NCBI GenBank assembly: GCA_049644665.1
Contig: JBARSI010000045.1
Span: 1-59,558 of the forward strand
Length of the DNA stretch: 59,558 bases
Source of the DNA: Anaerolineales bacterium
GTDB taxonomy: Bacteria > Chloroflexota > Anaerolineae > Anaerolineales > E44-bin32
Direction of reading: 5' to 3'
Shown: piece by piece, positions 48,177-57,624 of the stretch
Layout: each line of letters opens with the position of its first letter
Numbering within the stretch: position 1 is the first letter of the stretch
The notes under the pieces: generated by a model
What the model was told of the DNA's origin: nothing
Database searches by the model: none
Seen by the model: the letters and a program-made list of their open reading frames with translations, nothing else
Program-made: the position numbers and the translations under genes

Positions 48177-50228
48177 ATGAGCCTGCCGATGAATGAATTT
48201 CGATTGAATGCACCCTATCAGCCGACCGGTGACCAGCCGGAGGCGATCGAACAACTGCTGCAAGGCTTGGCGCGCGGCGACAAGCATCAAGTGCTTCTCG
48301 GCGCGACGGGCACGGGGAAAACCTTCGCTATTGCCAATGTGATTGACAGAGTACAGCGCCCCACTCTGGTCTTAGCCCATAATAAGACCTTAGCTGCCCA
48401 GCTGTACGCGGAGTTTAAATCGTTCTTCCCCGAAAACGCCGTCGAATACTTCGTTTCCTATTACGACTACTACCAACCCGAGGCGTATGTACCCAAGCAT
48501 GACTTGTATATCGAAAAAGAGACGCATATCAATGAGGAGATCGACCGCCTCAGGCTCGGCACAACTGCTTCTGTAATTTCGCGCCGAGACGTCATCGTTG
48601 TGGCATCTGTTTCCTGCATATACGGTATCGGGAATCCTGAAGCCTACGGCCAGATTGTCATCAATCTTGAGGTGGGATCTCGATATCGCCGCGAGGCGCT
48701 CTTGCGCCAACTTGTTGAAAGCCATTACGAACGCAACGATTTGGAACTGAAGCCCGGGGTGTTCCGGGTGCGCGGCGACACCCTTGAGATCATCCCAGCT
48801 TATGAGAAGCTGGGCTTGCGGTTGAGCTTTTTTGACGACGAACTTGAGCGCGTCACCCGCTTTGACCCTGTCACGGGCGAACTCCTACGCGATCTCCCCA
48901 AAGCCAGCGTCTTTCCCGCAAAACACTTCATCACGGAGAGCGAGAAGTTAGAGGCTGCGATTAGAGGCATTGAGATTGAGCTGCAAGATCGATTGGCTTA
49001 TCTAAGAACTCAGGAGAAATTGCTCGAAGCCCAACGTCTAGAACAGCGCACAGCCTACGATCTCGAAATGCTGCGCGAGGTGGGTTATTGCTCCGGCATC
49101 GAAAATTACTCCCGCCATCTAGACCAACGCCCGGCAGGATCGGCACCGTGGACGCTGATCGATTACTTCCCCCCCGATTTTCTACTGATTATTGATGAAG
49201 GACACATGACCATCCCTCAGGTCAGAGGTATGTTCGCGGGAGATCAATCACGTAAGAGCACTTTAGTAGATTTCGGATTTCGATTACCGTCTGCCCAGGA
49301 TAATAGACCGCTCTCCTTCGATGAATTCGAGACCCGCATTGGTCAGGTAATCTACACTTCCGCCACACCCGGTCCTTATGAACTCGAGAAGGCGGCTCAA
49401 GTTGTGGAACAAATCATCCGTCCGACGGGATTGGTCGACCCCGAAGTCGAAATTCGCCCCGTTGAGGGTCAGGTTGACAATCTTGTTGGCGAGATACGCC
49501 GCCGAGTTGAAATTGGCGAGCGGGTCCTGGTAACCACATTGACGAAGCGAATGGCGGAGGACCTCGCCGACTACATCCTCGAGCTCGACATCAAGGTCCA
49601 TTACCTCCATTCAGAGGTCGACACCATCGAGCGCGTGGCGATATTGCGTGATCTACGCCTGGGGGTTTTTGATGTTGTCGTGGGAATAAATCTTCTGCGG
49701 GAGGGGCTGGATCTTCCGGAGGTTTCGCTGGTCGCCATCCTCGACGCCGATAAGGAAGGTTTTTTACGATCTGGCACTTCCCTCATACAGACTATCGGCC
49801 GCGCCGCCCGTCATATCAACGGTCGCGTCATCATGTACGCCGACAAGATCACCAATTCGATGCGCTTTGCAATCGACGAGACCGAACGACGGCGGAATAT
49901 TCAGATCACCTATAACTCAGAACACGGCATTGAGCCCAAGAGCATCGTCAAAGAAATTCGCGATCTAACCGATCAAGTCACCTCAAGAGCGGTCGCCGAA
50001 CAAGGTGGAGAATACAGAGCGGTAACACCCGAGAAATTACCTAAAGACGAACTCGTGCGGCTCATTAATGAATTCGAAAAGCAGATGCGTCATTCGGCGG
50101 AAATACTTGAGTTTGAGAAGGCAGCAGCCCTTCGGGATCAGATCTTCGAACTGCGGGAGGTGCTCGCCGAAAAAGAAGACCTGCCTCCCTGGCAGAGGGC
50201 ACGCATTCTGGCCGGCGATACATCCTGA
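48177..50228 (+). CDS. uvrB: Excinuclease ABC subunit B
   Basis: 683 aa. [27 protein letters not shown]-terminal UVR motif [11 protein letters not shown]. An alternative start exists at 48189. Confidence 0.97.
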   Translation: MSLPMNEFRLNAPYQPTGDQPEAIEQLLQGLARGDKHQVLLGATGTGKTFAIANVIDRVQRPTLVLAHNKTLAAQLYAEFKSFFPENAVEYFVSYYDYYQPEAYVPKHDLYIEKETHINEEIDRLRLGTTASVISRRDVIVVASVSCIYGIGNPEAYGQIVINLEVGSRYRREALLRQLVESHYERNDLELKPGVFRVRGDTLEIIPAYEKLGLRLSFFDDELERVTRFDPVTGELLRDLPKASVFPAKHFITESEKLEAAIRGIEIELQDRLAYLRTQEKLLEAQRLEQRTAYDLEMLREVGYCSGIENYSRHLDQRPAGSAPWTLIDYFPPDFLLIIDEGHMTIPQVRGMFAGDQSRKSTLVDFGFRLPSAQDNRPLSFDEFETRIGQVIYTSATPGPYELEKAAQVVEQIIRPTGLVDPEVEIRPVEGQVDNLVGEIRRRVEIGERVLVTTLTKRMAEDLADYILELDIKVHYLHSEVDTIERVAILRDLRLGVFDVVVGINLLREGLDLPEVSLVAILDADKEGFLRSGTSLIQTIGRAARHINGRVIMYADKITNSMRFAIDETERRRNIQITYNSEHGIEPKSIVKEIRDLTDQVTSRAVAEQGGEYRAVTPEKLPKDELVRLINEFEKQMRHSAEILEFEKAAALRDQIFELREVLAEKEDLPPWQRARILAGDTS

Positions 50229-50288
50229 TTAAGAAAAGGCTCTGTCCTTAAAGTAATCTCTGGATTAACTTGTCAACAAAACCCCTCA

Positions 50289-51671
50289 TCATCCTGGAAT
50301 CTCAATTCTGAAGGTAGCGCCGCCCTCAGCGCGGTTTTCAGCGAATATTGAGCCCCCATGCGCTTCAACCAACTTGCGGGTGATGGCCAGTCCAAGACCG
50401 GACCCACCGGCTTGGCGCGAGCGCGAGGGATCGACGCGGTATAGGCGTTCAAAGACTCGTTCAAGATCATCCTCGGGAATCCCCTCACCGTTATCGATCA
50501 GCTCCAAAACGACCTGCGCCCTTTGAGAGTCGGACCTCAGCCGGAGGGTCACCTCACCCCCTTCGGGCGTATAGCGGAGTGCGTTCGAGATTAAATTCCC
50601 CAGGATCTGTTCGAACCGGGCGGTATCCACCATTCCAAAAATCGAAGATTCCGGCAGGATATCGGCGACCAATGAAATCCCGATCGCTTGTGCTTCAGGG
50701 CGATAGATCCCTGCTACTTTCAATACGAGCTGCCCCAGATCCGTTCGCGAACGCTCCAATGAAAGTTGCCCAGCGTCTGCCTGGGCAAGCGTGCGGAGGT
50801 CTTCGACGAGGCGATTTAATAGCTCGCTTTGCTCCAAAATGGGCTCGATGCTCTCAACCGCTAGCGGATGGACACCATCAATGATCGCTTCCAAACGTGC
50901 CTTCATAACCGCGAGCGGATTGCGCAGTTCGTGCGCGATGTCTGCCGTAGTTTCTCTCCGGCGATCCTCGGAGAGTTCCAGATTCTCGGCCATCTGATTG
51001 AACGCCATCGAGAGCTCGCCGACCTCATCATTAGTGCGGATTTCGACCCTCCGACTTAATTCGCCACCTGCCAGAGCCCGCGCGGCGTCGGTTAGATCGT
51101 TTACCGGACGGAGCAAACCTTTAACAAACAATACGCCGAGGAGCAAAGCAACAGCGCTGGCGATAAGAGAAGCGACCCAAAAGGCGCGTTGAAGATCCTG
51201 GAATAATTGAGTTTCCGTATTGGAAGCACCTAATCCGATCGGCGCCAGATAACCAACAACCTCAATTCCCACTTCAATAGGAAATGCACTTGAACGCTCC
51301 ACAAGTGATAACTTAGTGCCCTGCTTATCGGATGGACCGAGGATGACCTCTCCAGACCCATCCGCGAGCAGGATGCTCCGCCCCCCCTCCATCCCCTGGC
51401 CCTGGCCGGACTGACCCCTCTGCCCCGACCCTGGCAGGATAGCCTGCACGCCTTCCCAGTTCCCTTGTGCCTGGTAATAGTCTTCGAGTTCTTCCAAAAG
51501 AATGGCGTAAGTTGACTGTTCGCCGTGGATGACGAACCCGCGCACTTCCCGTGCTGTTGTTTGACTTGAAATGACGGCAACGGTTCCAATACCAACAAAC
51601 GCGACCGTCAGGAAAGAAAAGAGCAATTTCCAGGTGAGGCTGAGGCCTTTAACCCGAATCCCCTTATTCAT
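50289..51671 (-). CDS. Sensor histidine kinase (TM-sensor-TM, HAMP, HisKA, HATPase_c)
   Basis: 460 aa. H-box ADIAHELRNPLA, NALRYTP, DNGEGIP, GGSGLGLAI. Confidence 0.9.
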   Translation of the reverse strand: MNKGIRVKGLSLTWKLLFSFLTVAFVGIGTVAVISSQTTAREVRGFVIHGEQSTYAILLEELEDYYQAQGNWEGVQAILPGSGQRGQSGQGQGMEGGRSILLADGSGEVILGPSDKQGTKLSLVERSSAFPIEVGIEVVGYLAPIGLGASNTETQLFQDLQRAFWVASLIASAVALLLGVLFVKGLLRPVNDLTDAARALAGGELSRRVEIRTNDEVGELSMAFNQMAENLELSEDRRRETTADIAHELRNPLAVMKARLEAIIDGVHPLAVESIEPILEQSELLNRLVEDLRTLAQADAGQLSLERSRTDLGQLVLKVAGIYRPEAQAIGISLVADILPESSIFGMVDTARFEQILGNLISNALRYTPEGGEVTLRLRSDSQRAQVVLELIDNGEGIPEDDLERVFERLYRVDPSRSRQAGGSGLGLAITRKLVEAHGGSIFAENRAEGGATFRIEIPG

Positions 51672-52347
51672 CTCGGAAGCGATATCCTACACCAAACACA
51701 GTTTCAATGAATTCGGGCTTCTTCGGATCAGCTTCAATTTTTGCTCTCAAATTCTTGATGTGCGCATCAATCGTTCGCTCGTAGCCCTCATAGGATTCCC
51801 CCTGCGTTGACTCAAGGAGCTGCATACGACTGAAGGCACGACCGGGCTGCGAGGCCATTGCGACAAGCAGATCGAATTCTGTGGGGGTGAGATCGATCGG
51901 TTGATCGGCGACGACCACCGTGTGCCGTAGAAGGTCGACCACAACGACTCCGCTTTCGATGATCTCCGGCACAGTGACCGGTTTTCGCGTTCTGCGCAGA
52001 ACGGCACGCACCCTTGCCACGACCTCCCTCGGACTGAAAGGTTTGGTGATGTAGTCGTCTGCACCCAGCTCCAGACCGATCAATCTATCCGTCTCCTCGA
52101 CCCGGGCTGTGACCATGATGATGGGCACATCGTTAATACGTCGAATCTCACGAGCTACATCCAGGCCATCCATGCCCGGGAGGTTGAGATCCAACAAGAC
52201 CAGATCCGGGGGATTATGCTGGAATGCAGAGACTGCCGCCGATCCGTTGTCAACAGAATCGACACGAAATCCGGCATTCTCCAGATAATCACGAATAACT
52301 TTAACAAGCTCGATTTCATCTTCGACGATCAATATTTTTTCAGGCAT
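51664..52347 (-). CDS. OmpR/PhoB-family response regulator
   Basis: ILIVEDE, LVLLDLNLPGMDG, winged helix ETVFGVGYRF. Start set at ATG 52347 (MPEKIL..). Confidence 0.9.
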   Translation of the reverse strand: MPEKILIVEDEIELVKVIRDYLENAGFRVDSVDNGSAAVSAFQHNPPDLVLLDLNLPGMDGLDVAREIRRINDVPIIMVTARVEETDRLIGLELGADDYITKPFSPREVVARVRAVLRRTRKPVTVPEIIESGVVVVDLLRHTVVVADQPIDLTPTEFDLLVAMASQPGRAFSRMQLLESTQGESYEGYERTIDAHIKNLRAKIEADPKKPEFIETVFGVGYRFRDE

Positions 52348-52460
52348 ATTTTGATTATAGTGCCTTTCGCCAGACATAGGCGCACCTGCCTGCGGCTGTA
52401 GAGAAAACGCGAGAAGCCTCCCGATCAGTATCACAGGAGGCTTTCTTGGTGCAGAATGAC

Positions 52461-52991
52461 TTATCTATTGGAGAAGCGACTTTCCGATAAGCTGCTGCCG
52501 CCTCGCCCGCCCCTACGCGGGGAACCTGCAAACATCTCGCCTTCTTCGCTGCAGTCGAAAGGTACATCATTAGGCATGCTCTCACGCCACTCTGGGAATT
52601 CGATTCCACTGTCCAGCACTGCCGCACGAGCATCTTCACGTACCACCTGCATGATTTCCCAAACCTCTGCCGATGTAAGCCCTTGAGCAAGCGCGATGTC
52701 CATCATCAGCTCACCGGACTCCAGCATCGCCTCAAGATCTGCTGGTTCAAGCTTGAGAGCTTCAGCGAATGCCTCGATCATTGCGTCATGCATGACCTCT
52801 CCAAGCTCATCCGCCATCCAGCCATCTGCCCCTTCCAACATCCAGCGCATCGAGCGCTGAGACATAAAAGCTTGATTTACTGGGGGCGTCGGTGGATCCT
52901 CAGCCTGTGCGAAACCCACATTGGCTGTGACCGCTGCGCCAGCGATGACCGCTGCTAAGCTCAGACCTAGAAGTACTTTCTTGTAACTCAT
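52461..52991 (-). CDS. Secreted hypothetical protein, first gene of the two-component operon
   Basis: 176 aa. Signal peptide LLGLSLAAVIAGAAVTANVGFAQA, acidic helical body, Arg/Gly/Ser-rich tail. Confidence 0.6.
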   Translation of the reverse strand: MSYKKVLLGLSLAAVIAGAAVTANVGFAQAEDPPTPPVNQAFMSQRSMRWMLEGADGWMADELGEVMHDAMIEAFAEALKLEPADLEAMLESGELMMDIALAQGLTSAEVWEIMQVVREDARAAVLDSGIEFPEWRESMPNDVPFDCSEEGEMFAGSPRRGGRGGSSLSESRFSNR

Positions 52992-53064
52992 TATCTATAC
53001 CTCCGAAGTTTATTGTGCAGACCGATTTATCTGCACTTTCACAGTCGAAGGATATCGTTTAGAA

Positions 53065-53104
53065 ATGAAGAAGCGATGAAGAGAGTACCGGGAATATATG
53101 AAGA
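53065..53104. promoter_or_regulatory. Three helically phased direct repeats ATGAAGA (TCTTCAT on the minus strand) upstream of the two-component operon
   Basis: Copies at 53065, 53076 and 53098 (11- and 22-bp spacing), 74-113 nt upstream of the operon start codon. 7-bp repeat + 4-bp spacer is the architecture used by OmpR/PhoB-type regulators. Confidence 0.3.
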
Positions 53105-53165
53105 TTGGCAGCGCTACATATTTAACGCACAAGGTCGCCTTTCGACGACCAGGGCGGAGGGATTA

Positions 53166-53187
53166 CGGGCGGAGGTCGCCCGTTTTT
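53166..53187 (+). terminator. Orphan rho-independent terminator
   Basis: CGGGCG-GAGGT-CGCCCG followed by TTTTT. No annotated plus-strand gene lies upstream except a 37-codon ORF (53076-53189). Confidence 0.55.
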
Positions 53188-53547
53188 AAGGTACGCTCGC
53201 ATTATGCCATGTTATCCAAGCGTTGTGGGATGATTGAAAGGTGTATGTAAGGTGCTTCTTATTTTTATCTTTTTGGGTGGAATCTAACGCCGAGGCACCC
53301 AGGTTCAAGCTTACATTCTTCCTTCGGTTGAAAAGGTTGGTTCTCCACATAATTTAGCCTGTGGATGACCAACCATACTCAAACTTGCAGCGATGAGGAT
53401 CCTGTATTCAACTACACATGAATACACAAATCGACCCTGACCTAGGATACAAATCCAGGCAGAAACCCCGTCATCCTTTCAAGCTGTGGATTGATCTGAT
53501 ATACAATGGGCGTTACACGGATTGATGAACCCGGAATGTGAGAAAGT

Positions 53548-56355
53548 ATGGCGGCCAGAAAAGAAGAAAAATCAAGAATCGCCAACCAGGAAATGTATCC
53601 CTTTCTAGGCACTAAGTTACATATCCCCCCGGTTAGACCGAACATCGTTCAGCGCACCAGATTAGTGCAGAAAATTGAAACGGGTATTGCCGCAAACCAT
53701 AAACTCACACTCATCTCCGCTCCAGCCGGGTTCGGGAAAACAACCCTTTTAAGCCATTGGGGCAATGAAACAAAAATACCGATCGCCTGGGTTTCATTAG
53801 ACGAGGGCGATAACGATCTAACTCGGTTCTTGGGATACTGCATTGCAGCTCTTCAGACAATCAAACCTAACGTCGGCGAGGCATCACTCGAGCTGCAGCA
53901 ATCCCCCCACCCGGCGCCAGTTGAAACAGTCTTAACTACGCTCATCAATGAGCTCGACGAAACCCTTGAGCAGTTCACTCTGGTCCTCGATGACTATCAT
54001 GTCATTGAATCATCTCCAATTCATGAAGCTTTGAGCTTCCTCATCAATCACTTACCACGGAAGATGCACTTGATCATTGCAACAAGAACCGACCTCCCCT
54101 TACCTGCTGCCCGTCTAAGGACACACGTACACCTGACCGAAATATCAGAAGTCGATATGCGCTTCACACTGGATGAGGCGGCGACCTACTTAAACGATGT
54201 AATGCAATTAGGTCTTACCATCGAGGATGTCACTGGGCTGGAAAACCGAACGGAGGGATGGATCGCTGGCCTGCAAATGACCGCTCTCTCCATTCAGGGG
54301 CGCGGGGACATATCCGGGTTGGTCAAAGCTCTATCGGGGAAACATCGATTCATTCTGGATTATCTGATGGAAGAAGTCCTCGGGCAGCAATCCGCAGAAG
54401 TTCAAGAATTTATGGTTAAAACATCGATTTTGGATCGGCTGTCAGCCCCTCTCTGTGACACTGTCATGGGATGGTCTAATTTAAGCGGAGATACCACGAG
54501 GAAGAGGAAGGCGACCAGACATTTGGATACCGCCAATCACTCCCAGGAAATTCTTGAGCACATGGACCGTGCGAATCTATTTCTCATCCCGTTGGACGAC
54601 GAACGCAGATGGTATCGCTATCACCGCCTGTTCTCCGACATCTTAGAAGAAAGATTAAAACACCTCTACGGTGACAAAATCCAGGATTTACACCGTCTCG
54701 CCGGTGATTGGTATGAGCATAACGGGTTGATTGGGGAGGCCATAAATCATCTACTGAAAGCTGGTGAGATTAAACGAGCAGCAGATTTCATCTCCAAGCA
54801 TGCGCTCACTTTTGTCTACCACGGCAACCTTGAGACTCTCACCCGGTGGCTCGAAATACTTCCAAAAGATATAAAGGAATCGCAGCCATGGTTGAGCATT
54901 ACACATGCATGGGCACTTTCGTTTGCTGGGCAGATGGAGCCGGTTGCCTCTTTGTTGCAGGATGCAGAGGGAACCTTCACTTCGATCACGGATGAAATTG
55001 AAGTTCAACGCCTTTCCGGCACCGTCGATGCCTTACGCGCCTATTTGATCGCCATCCGCGGGTCTATGCCGCTTGCCGCGGAATTCGCACGCGAAGCCCT
55101 CAAAGTTCTCCCAGACGATGACCTCGTGCTACGCGGCTTTGCTGCCACACTCCTGGCTACCGTTCTTCGATGGACCGGTGATTTGAATGAGGCAAAGGGT
55201 GCGTATCAGGAAGCCATTGCGATCAATCGAGCCGCTGGGGCCACAAACGTCCTCGTTGAATCGATTTGCGACATGGCAGCTTTGCAGTTCATCAAGGGGG
55301 AAGTTCAACAATCTATTTCGACGTGTCGTGAAGCACTATCCGAAGCCGAAGAATACTTTGAGAGATCTGGAAGAAGGTTGTCAGCGCATGGTCTCACATT
55401 AATACAACTTTGCAGTATTCTCCGTGAACTGAACGATCTTGACATGGCAAGGCAATATGCCGAAGAAGGACTGGCGTTATGCGAAGAATGGGGACAGGCC
55501 GAATCAATTATGCGCGCTTATAGGGAACACGCCCGTGTACTCCAGGCCTGTGGCGACAGCGATGGTTCAATCCACTCTATCCAGAAAGCACGACAACTTG
55601 CATCTGACCTTTCTCCCTGGTATGTGGCCAGATCCGCTGCATGGGAGGCTCGCCTTCGATTAATGCAGGGAGATATCACCTCAGCCCTTCAGTGGATCGA
55701 CGACCAGGATTTGATTTTTTATGACGAAATTGAGTTTCATGATTTCGAAACCCACTTAACCGTAGTCCGCACACTTATTGCAAATGGCAGACAACGCTCA
55801 AAATCGGAGTCTCTCCCGGCATTGAATCGGGCTCTCGAGATCCTGGAGCAGATTCGCTCAATTGCAGAACGCTCGGGTGCAGGAAGTTACCTCATCGAAA
55901 TCCTGATCCTGACATCCCTGGCTCAGGATGCTCTGGGTGAAACGGAGAAAGCATTATCCACGTTGAAAAAAGCGTTGGTCCTGGCAAAACCTGAAGCGTA
56001 TGTCCGCGTCTTTGTCGATGAAGGAGAACCGGTGCGCATGTTGCTTTGTGAGTTAGCAAAGCATAAGACCACGATGGCCTACGCCCGGAAAATACTACAA
56101 TCGATGGCCGCTCAGGTAGAAGTCGGAGCCACAACTGGGATTGGCAGGTCTGAAAGCTTGGCCGAATCCCTGAGTGAGAGAGAGGTGGAAGTACTCCACC
56201 TTCTGGAGACGTATCTCTCCAGCACCGAAATCGCCGGTCAACTCTTCATTGCCGTGAGTACTGTGCGCTCGCATACAAAGAATATTTACAGCAAGCTCAG
56301 GGTGCACAGCCGGGCAGAGGCCGTGGAAAAAGCACGGAAGATCGGGATTCTATAA
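53548..56355 (+). CDS. MalT-like STAND ATPase / LuxR-family transcriptional regulator
   Basis: 935 aa. Walker A SAPAGFGKTT, Walker B LVLDDYH, TPR-like middle region, C-terminal LuxR HTH LSEREVEVL..TEIAGQLFIAVSTVRSHTKNIYSKL. Confidence 0.85.
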   Translation: MAARKEEKSRIANQEMYPFLGTKLHIPPVRPNIVQRTRLVQKIETGIAANHKLTLISAPAGFGKTTLLSHWGNETKIPIAWVSLDEGDNDLTRFLGYCIAALQTIKPNVGEASLELQQSPHPAPVETVLTTLINELDETLEQFTLVLDDYHVIESSPIHEALSFLINHLPRKMHLIIATRTDLPLPAARLRTHVHLTEISEVDMRFTLDEAATYLNDVMQLGLTIEDVTGLENRTEGWIAGLQMTALSIQGRGDISGLVKALSGKHRFILDYLMEEVLGQQSAEVQEFMVKTSILDRLSAPLCDTVMGWSNLSGDTTRKRKATRHLDTANHSQEILEHMDRANLFLIPLDDERRWYRYHRLFSDILEERLKHLYGDKIQDLHRLAGDWYEHNGLIGEAINHLLKAGEIKRAADFISKHALTFVYHGNLETLTRWLEILPKDIKESQPWLSITHAWALSFAGQMEPVASLLQDAEGTFTSITDEIEVQRLSGTVDALRAYLIAIRGSMPLAAEFAREALKVLPDDDLVLRGFAATLLATVLRWTGDLNEAKGAYQEAIAINRAAGATNVLVESICDMAALQFIKGEVQQSISTCREALSEAEEYFERSGRRLSAHGLTLIQLCSILRELNDLDMARQYAEEGLALCEEWGQAESIMRAYREHARVLQACGDSDGSIHSIQKARQLASDLSPWYVARSAAWEARLRLMQGDITSALQWIDDQDLIFYDEIEFHDFETHLTVVRTLIANGRQRSKSESLPALNRALEILEQIRSIAERSGAGSYLIEILILTSLAQDALGETEKALSTLKKALVLAKPEAYVRVFVDEGEPVRMLLCELAKHKTTMAYARKILQSMAAQVEVGATTGIGRSESLAESLSEREVEVLHLLETYLSSTEIAGQLFIAVSTVRSHTKNIYSKLRVHSRAEAVEKARKIGIL

Positions 56356-56538
56356 GCCCTGTTCCAGGCGTAAATCCACCATAGGTTCGTACCACACAAC
56401 CGTATCTTGAAATCCCCTACCCAATCCCCTTGTTTGGGGGATGACGTACCCCATGTTTCCACGTTAAAGTAGCAGCATACAGAACTTGTCCGAGTTTCAC
56501 ACAAACCGGATTGCCGTTGAACGCTGGAGGGTAGAGAG

Positions 56539-56766
56539 ATGCTCCCCACAGGTAGAGACATCGAATACATGGCTGAAATTCGACGTGCTCGACGCCGGGA
56601 GGCGGATCACTACCGCTTGATCAAGACCGCAGAGAACGCTCCGGGTCAATTGAAGCTGCAGGCCCCTCTTGGCCGGTTAGGGCAGGGCCTCAAAAAACCC
56701 TTGGTAGAAAATAGCGAAGCATCGGTAAGCGGTCTGCCGGCACCAAGGTTGGGCGAAAGCTCTTAG
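56539..56766 (+). CDS. Possible small basic protein (75 aa), unknown function
   Basis: GGAGGG 7-8 nt upstream of the ATG. Arg-rich helix AEIRRARRREADHYRLIK. No family recognised; could be spurious. Confidence 0.3.
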   Translation: MLPTGRDIEYMAEIRRARRREADHYRLIKTAENAPGQLKLQAPLGRLGQGLKKPLVENSEASVSGLPAPRLGESS

Positions 56767-56874
56767 CCGGCATAAATAACCGACAAGGAGTGTTCGCTCA
56801 CATAGGTTTTACGCTACGCTTGATACCACGGGATTCATCTGTGGATGTCAAAAAGGTGACAGATGCGCTCCAAA

Positions 56875-57204
56875 CTACACACGGGTCGAAGTACGTTGTT
56901 GGCGTACTTGTAAATGGAGCAAATCAAGCTCATCTTCTCCTTCAAAGGAGTGCAGGAGGATTTTGTCCTCCTGCGCTCCTTTAAGGCTATTAGCTGTCCT
57001 TATCCTGTCCGGATTGCACCTTGAGATAATCTCTTTCAGTTCAACTGGGGGATGTCCTCTAAAGAGAGGCGCCAGGCGTAAGTCGACCTGATTATGATAA
57101 GGGGGGCGAAAAAGAATCTCGATCTTCACTTGAGCCAGCTCCCGTATGGGAACAACGAGATACTTCACGTCCGCTGCACTACGATTCAGGCGGACAACCC
57201 ATCA
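56875..57204 (-). pseudogene. Possible degraded C-terminal remnant of an IS630/Tc1-mariner-type DDE transposase
   Basis: The frame reads WVVRLNRSAADVKYLV..VKIEILFRPPYHNQVDL. This resembles the LDN.S.H...I.L.FLPPYSPELNPIE region but the Asp and Glu are lost, and the strong hairpin lies inside it. Confidence 0.25.
56943..56981. other. Strong 17-bp hairpin
   Basis: AAAGGAGTGCAGGAGGA-TTTTG-TCCTCCTGCGCTCCTTT (one G-U pair). T-rich on both flanks, so it could terminate in either direction. Confidence 0.6.
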
Positions 57205-57547
57205 TAAGCGCTATGACATTGCATATGTAAATATCCATAGTAATCGTCAAGATTGGAGGATAATTCATCAAGGATCCTATCTATCGAGCTGAAGATTATT
57301 AGATCGAGTTGACCATTTAAGAGGGGAATGAATAGAAAATCTCTACTTCGAAAGTTTCGATGTGAGCTTTGATTTCTAATATCCGAAAAGAAGCATGATT
57401 TAATGGGTTCGGCCGCAGTGCGGATGTGAACTTGTGTGCATCTTATAGGTAGTAATACTTAACAACCTGCTGTTCTATAGCAAATTGCGAAATCATTGGC
57501 GATAACCCTGGAGGACCGATAATATCAAATCTACACTCATCGCCTTC

Positions 57548-57576
57548 TTGACAATGATTGATTACAATCTGAATAT
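57548..57576 (+). promoter_or_regulatory. Candidate sigma70 promoter of the propeller-sensor gene
   Basis: TTGACA (57548-57553), 17 nt, GAATAT (57571-57576), about 50 nt upstream of ATG 57625. Confidence 0.35.
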
Positions 57577-57624
57577 CCTTGGAATCAGGCAAACAGAGCA
57601 CTAAGCTATCGAAAGGTCCGACCT

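Noticed and set aside
56790-56984. 64-aa plus-strand ORF in the 1.27-kb gap
   Set aside because: Its GTG start overlaps the only SD-like sequence with no spacing, it runs through the 17-bp hairpin, and it has no motif.
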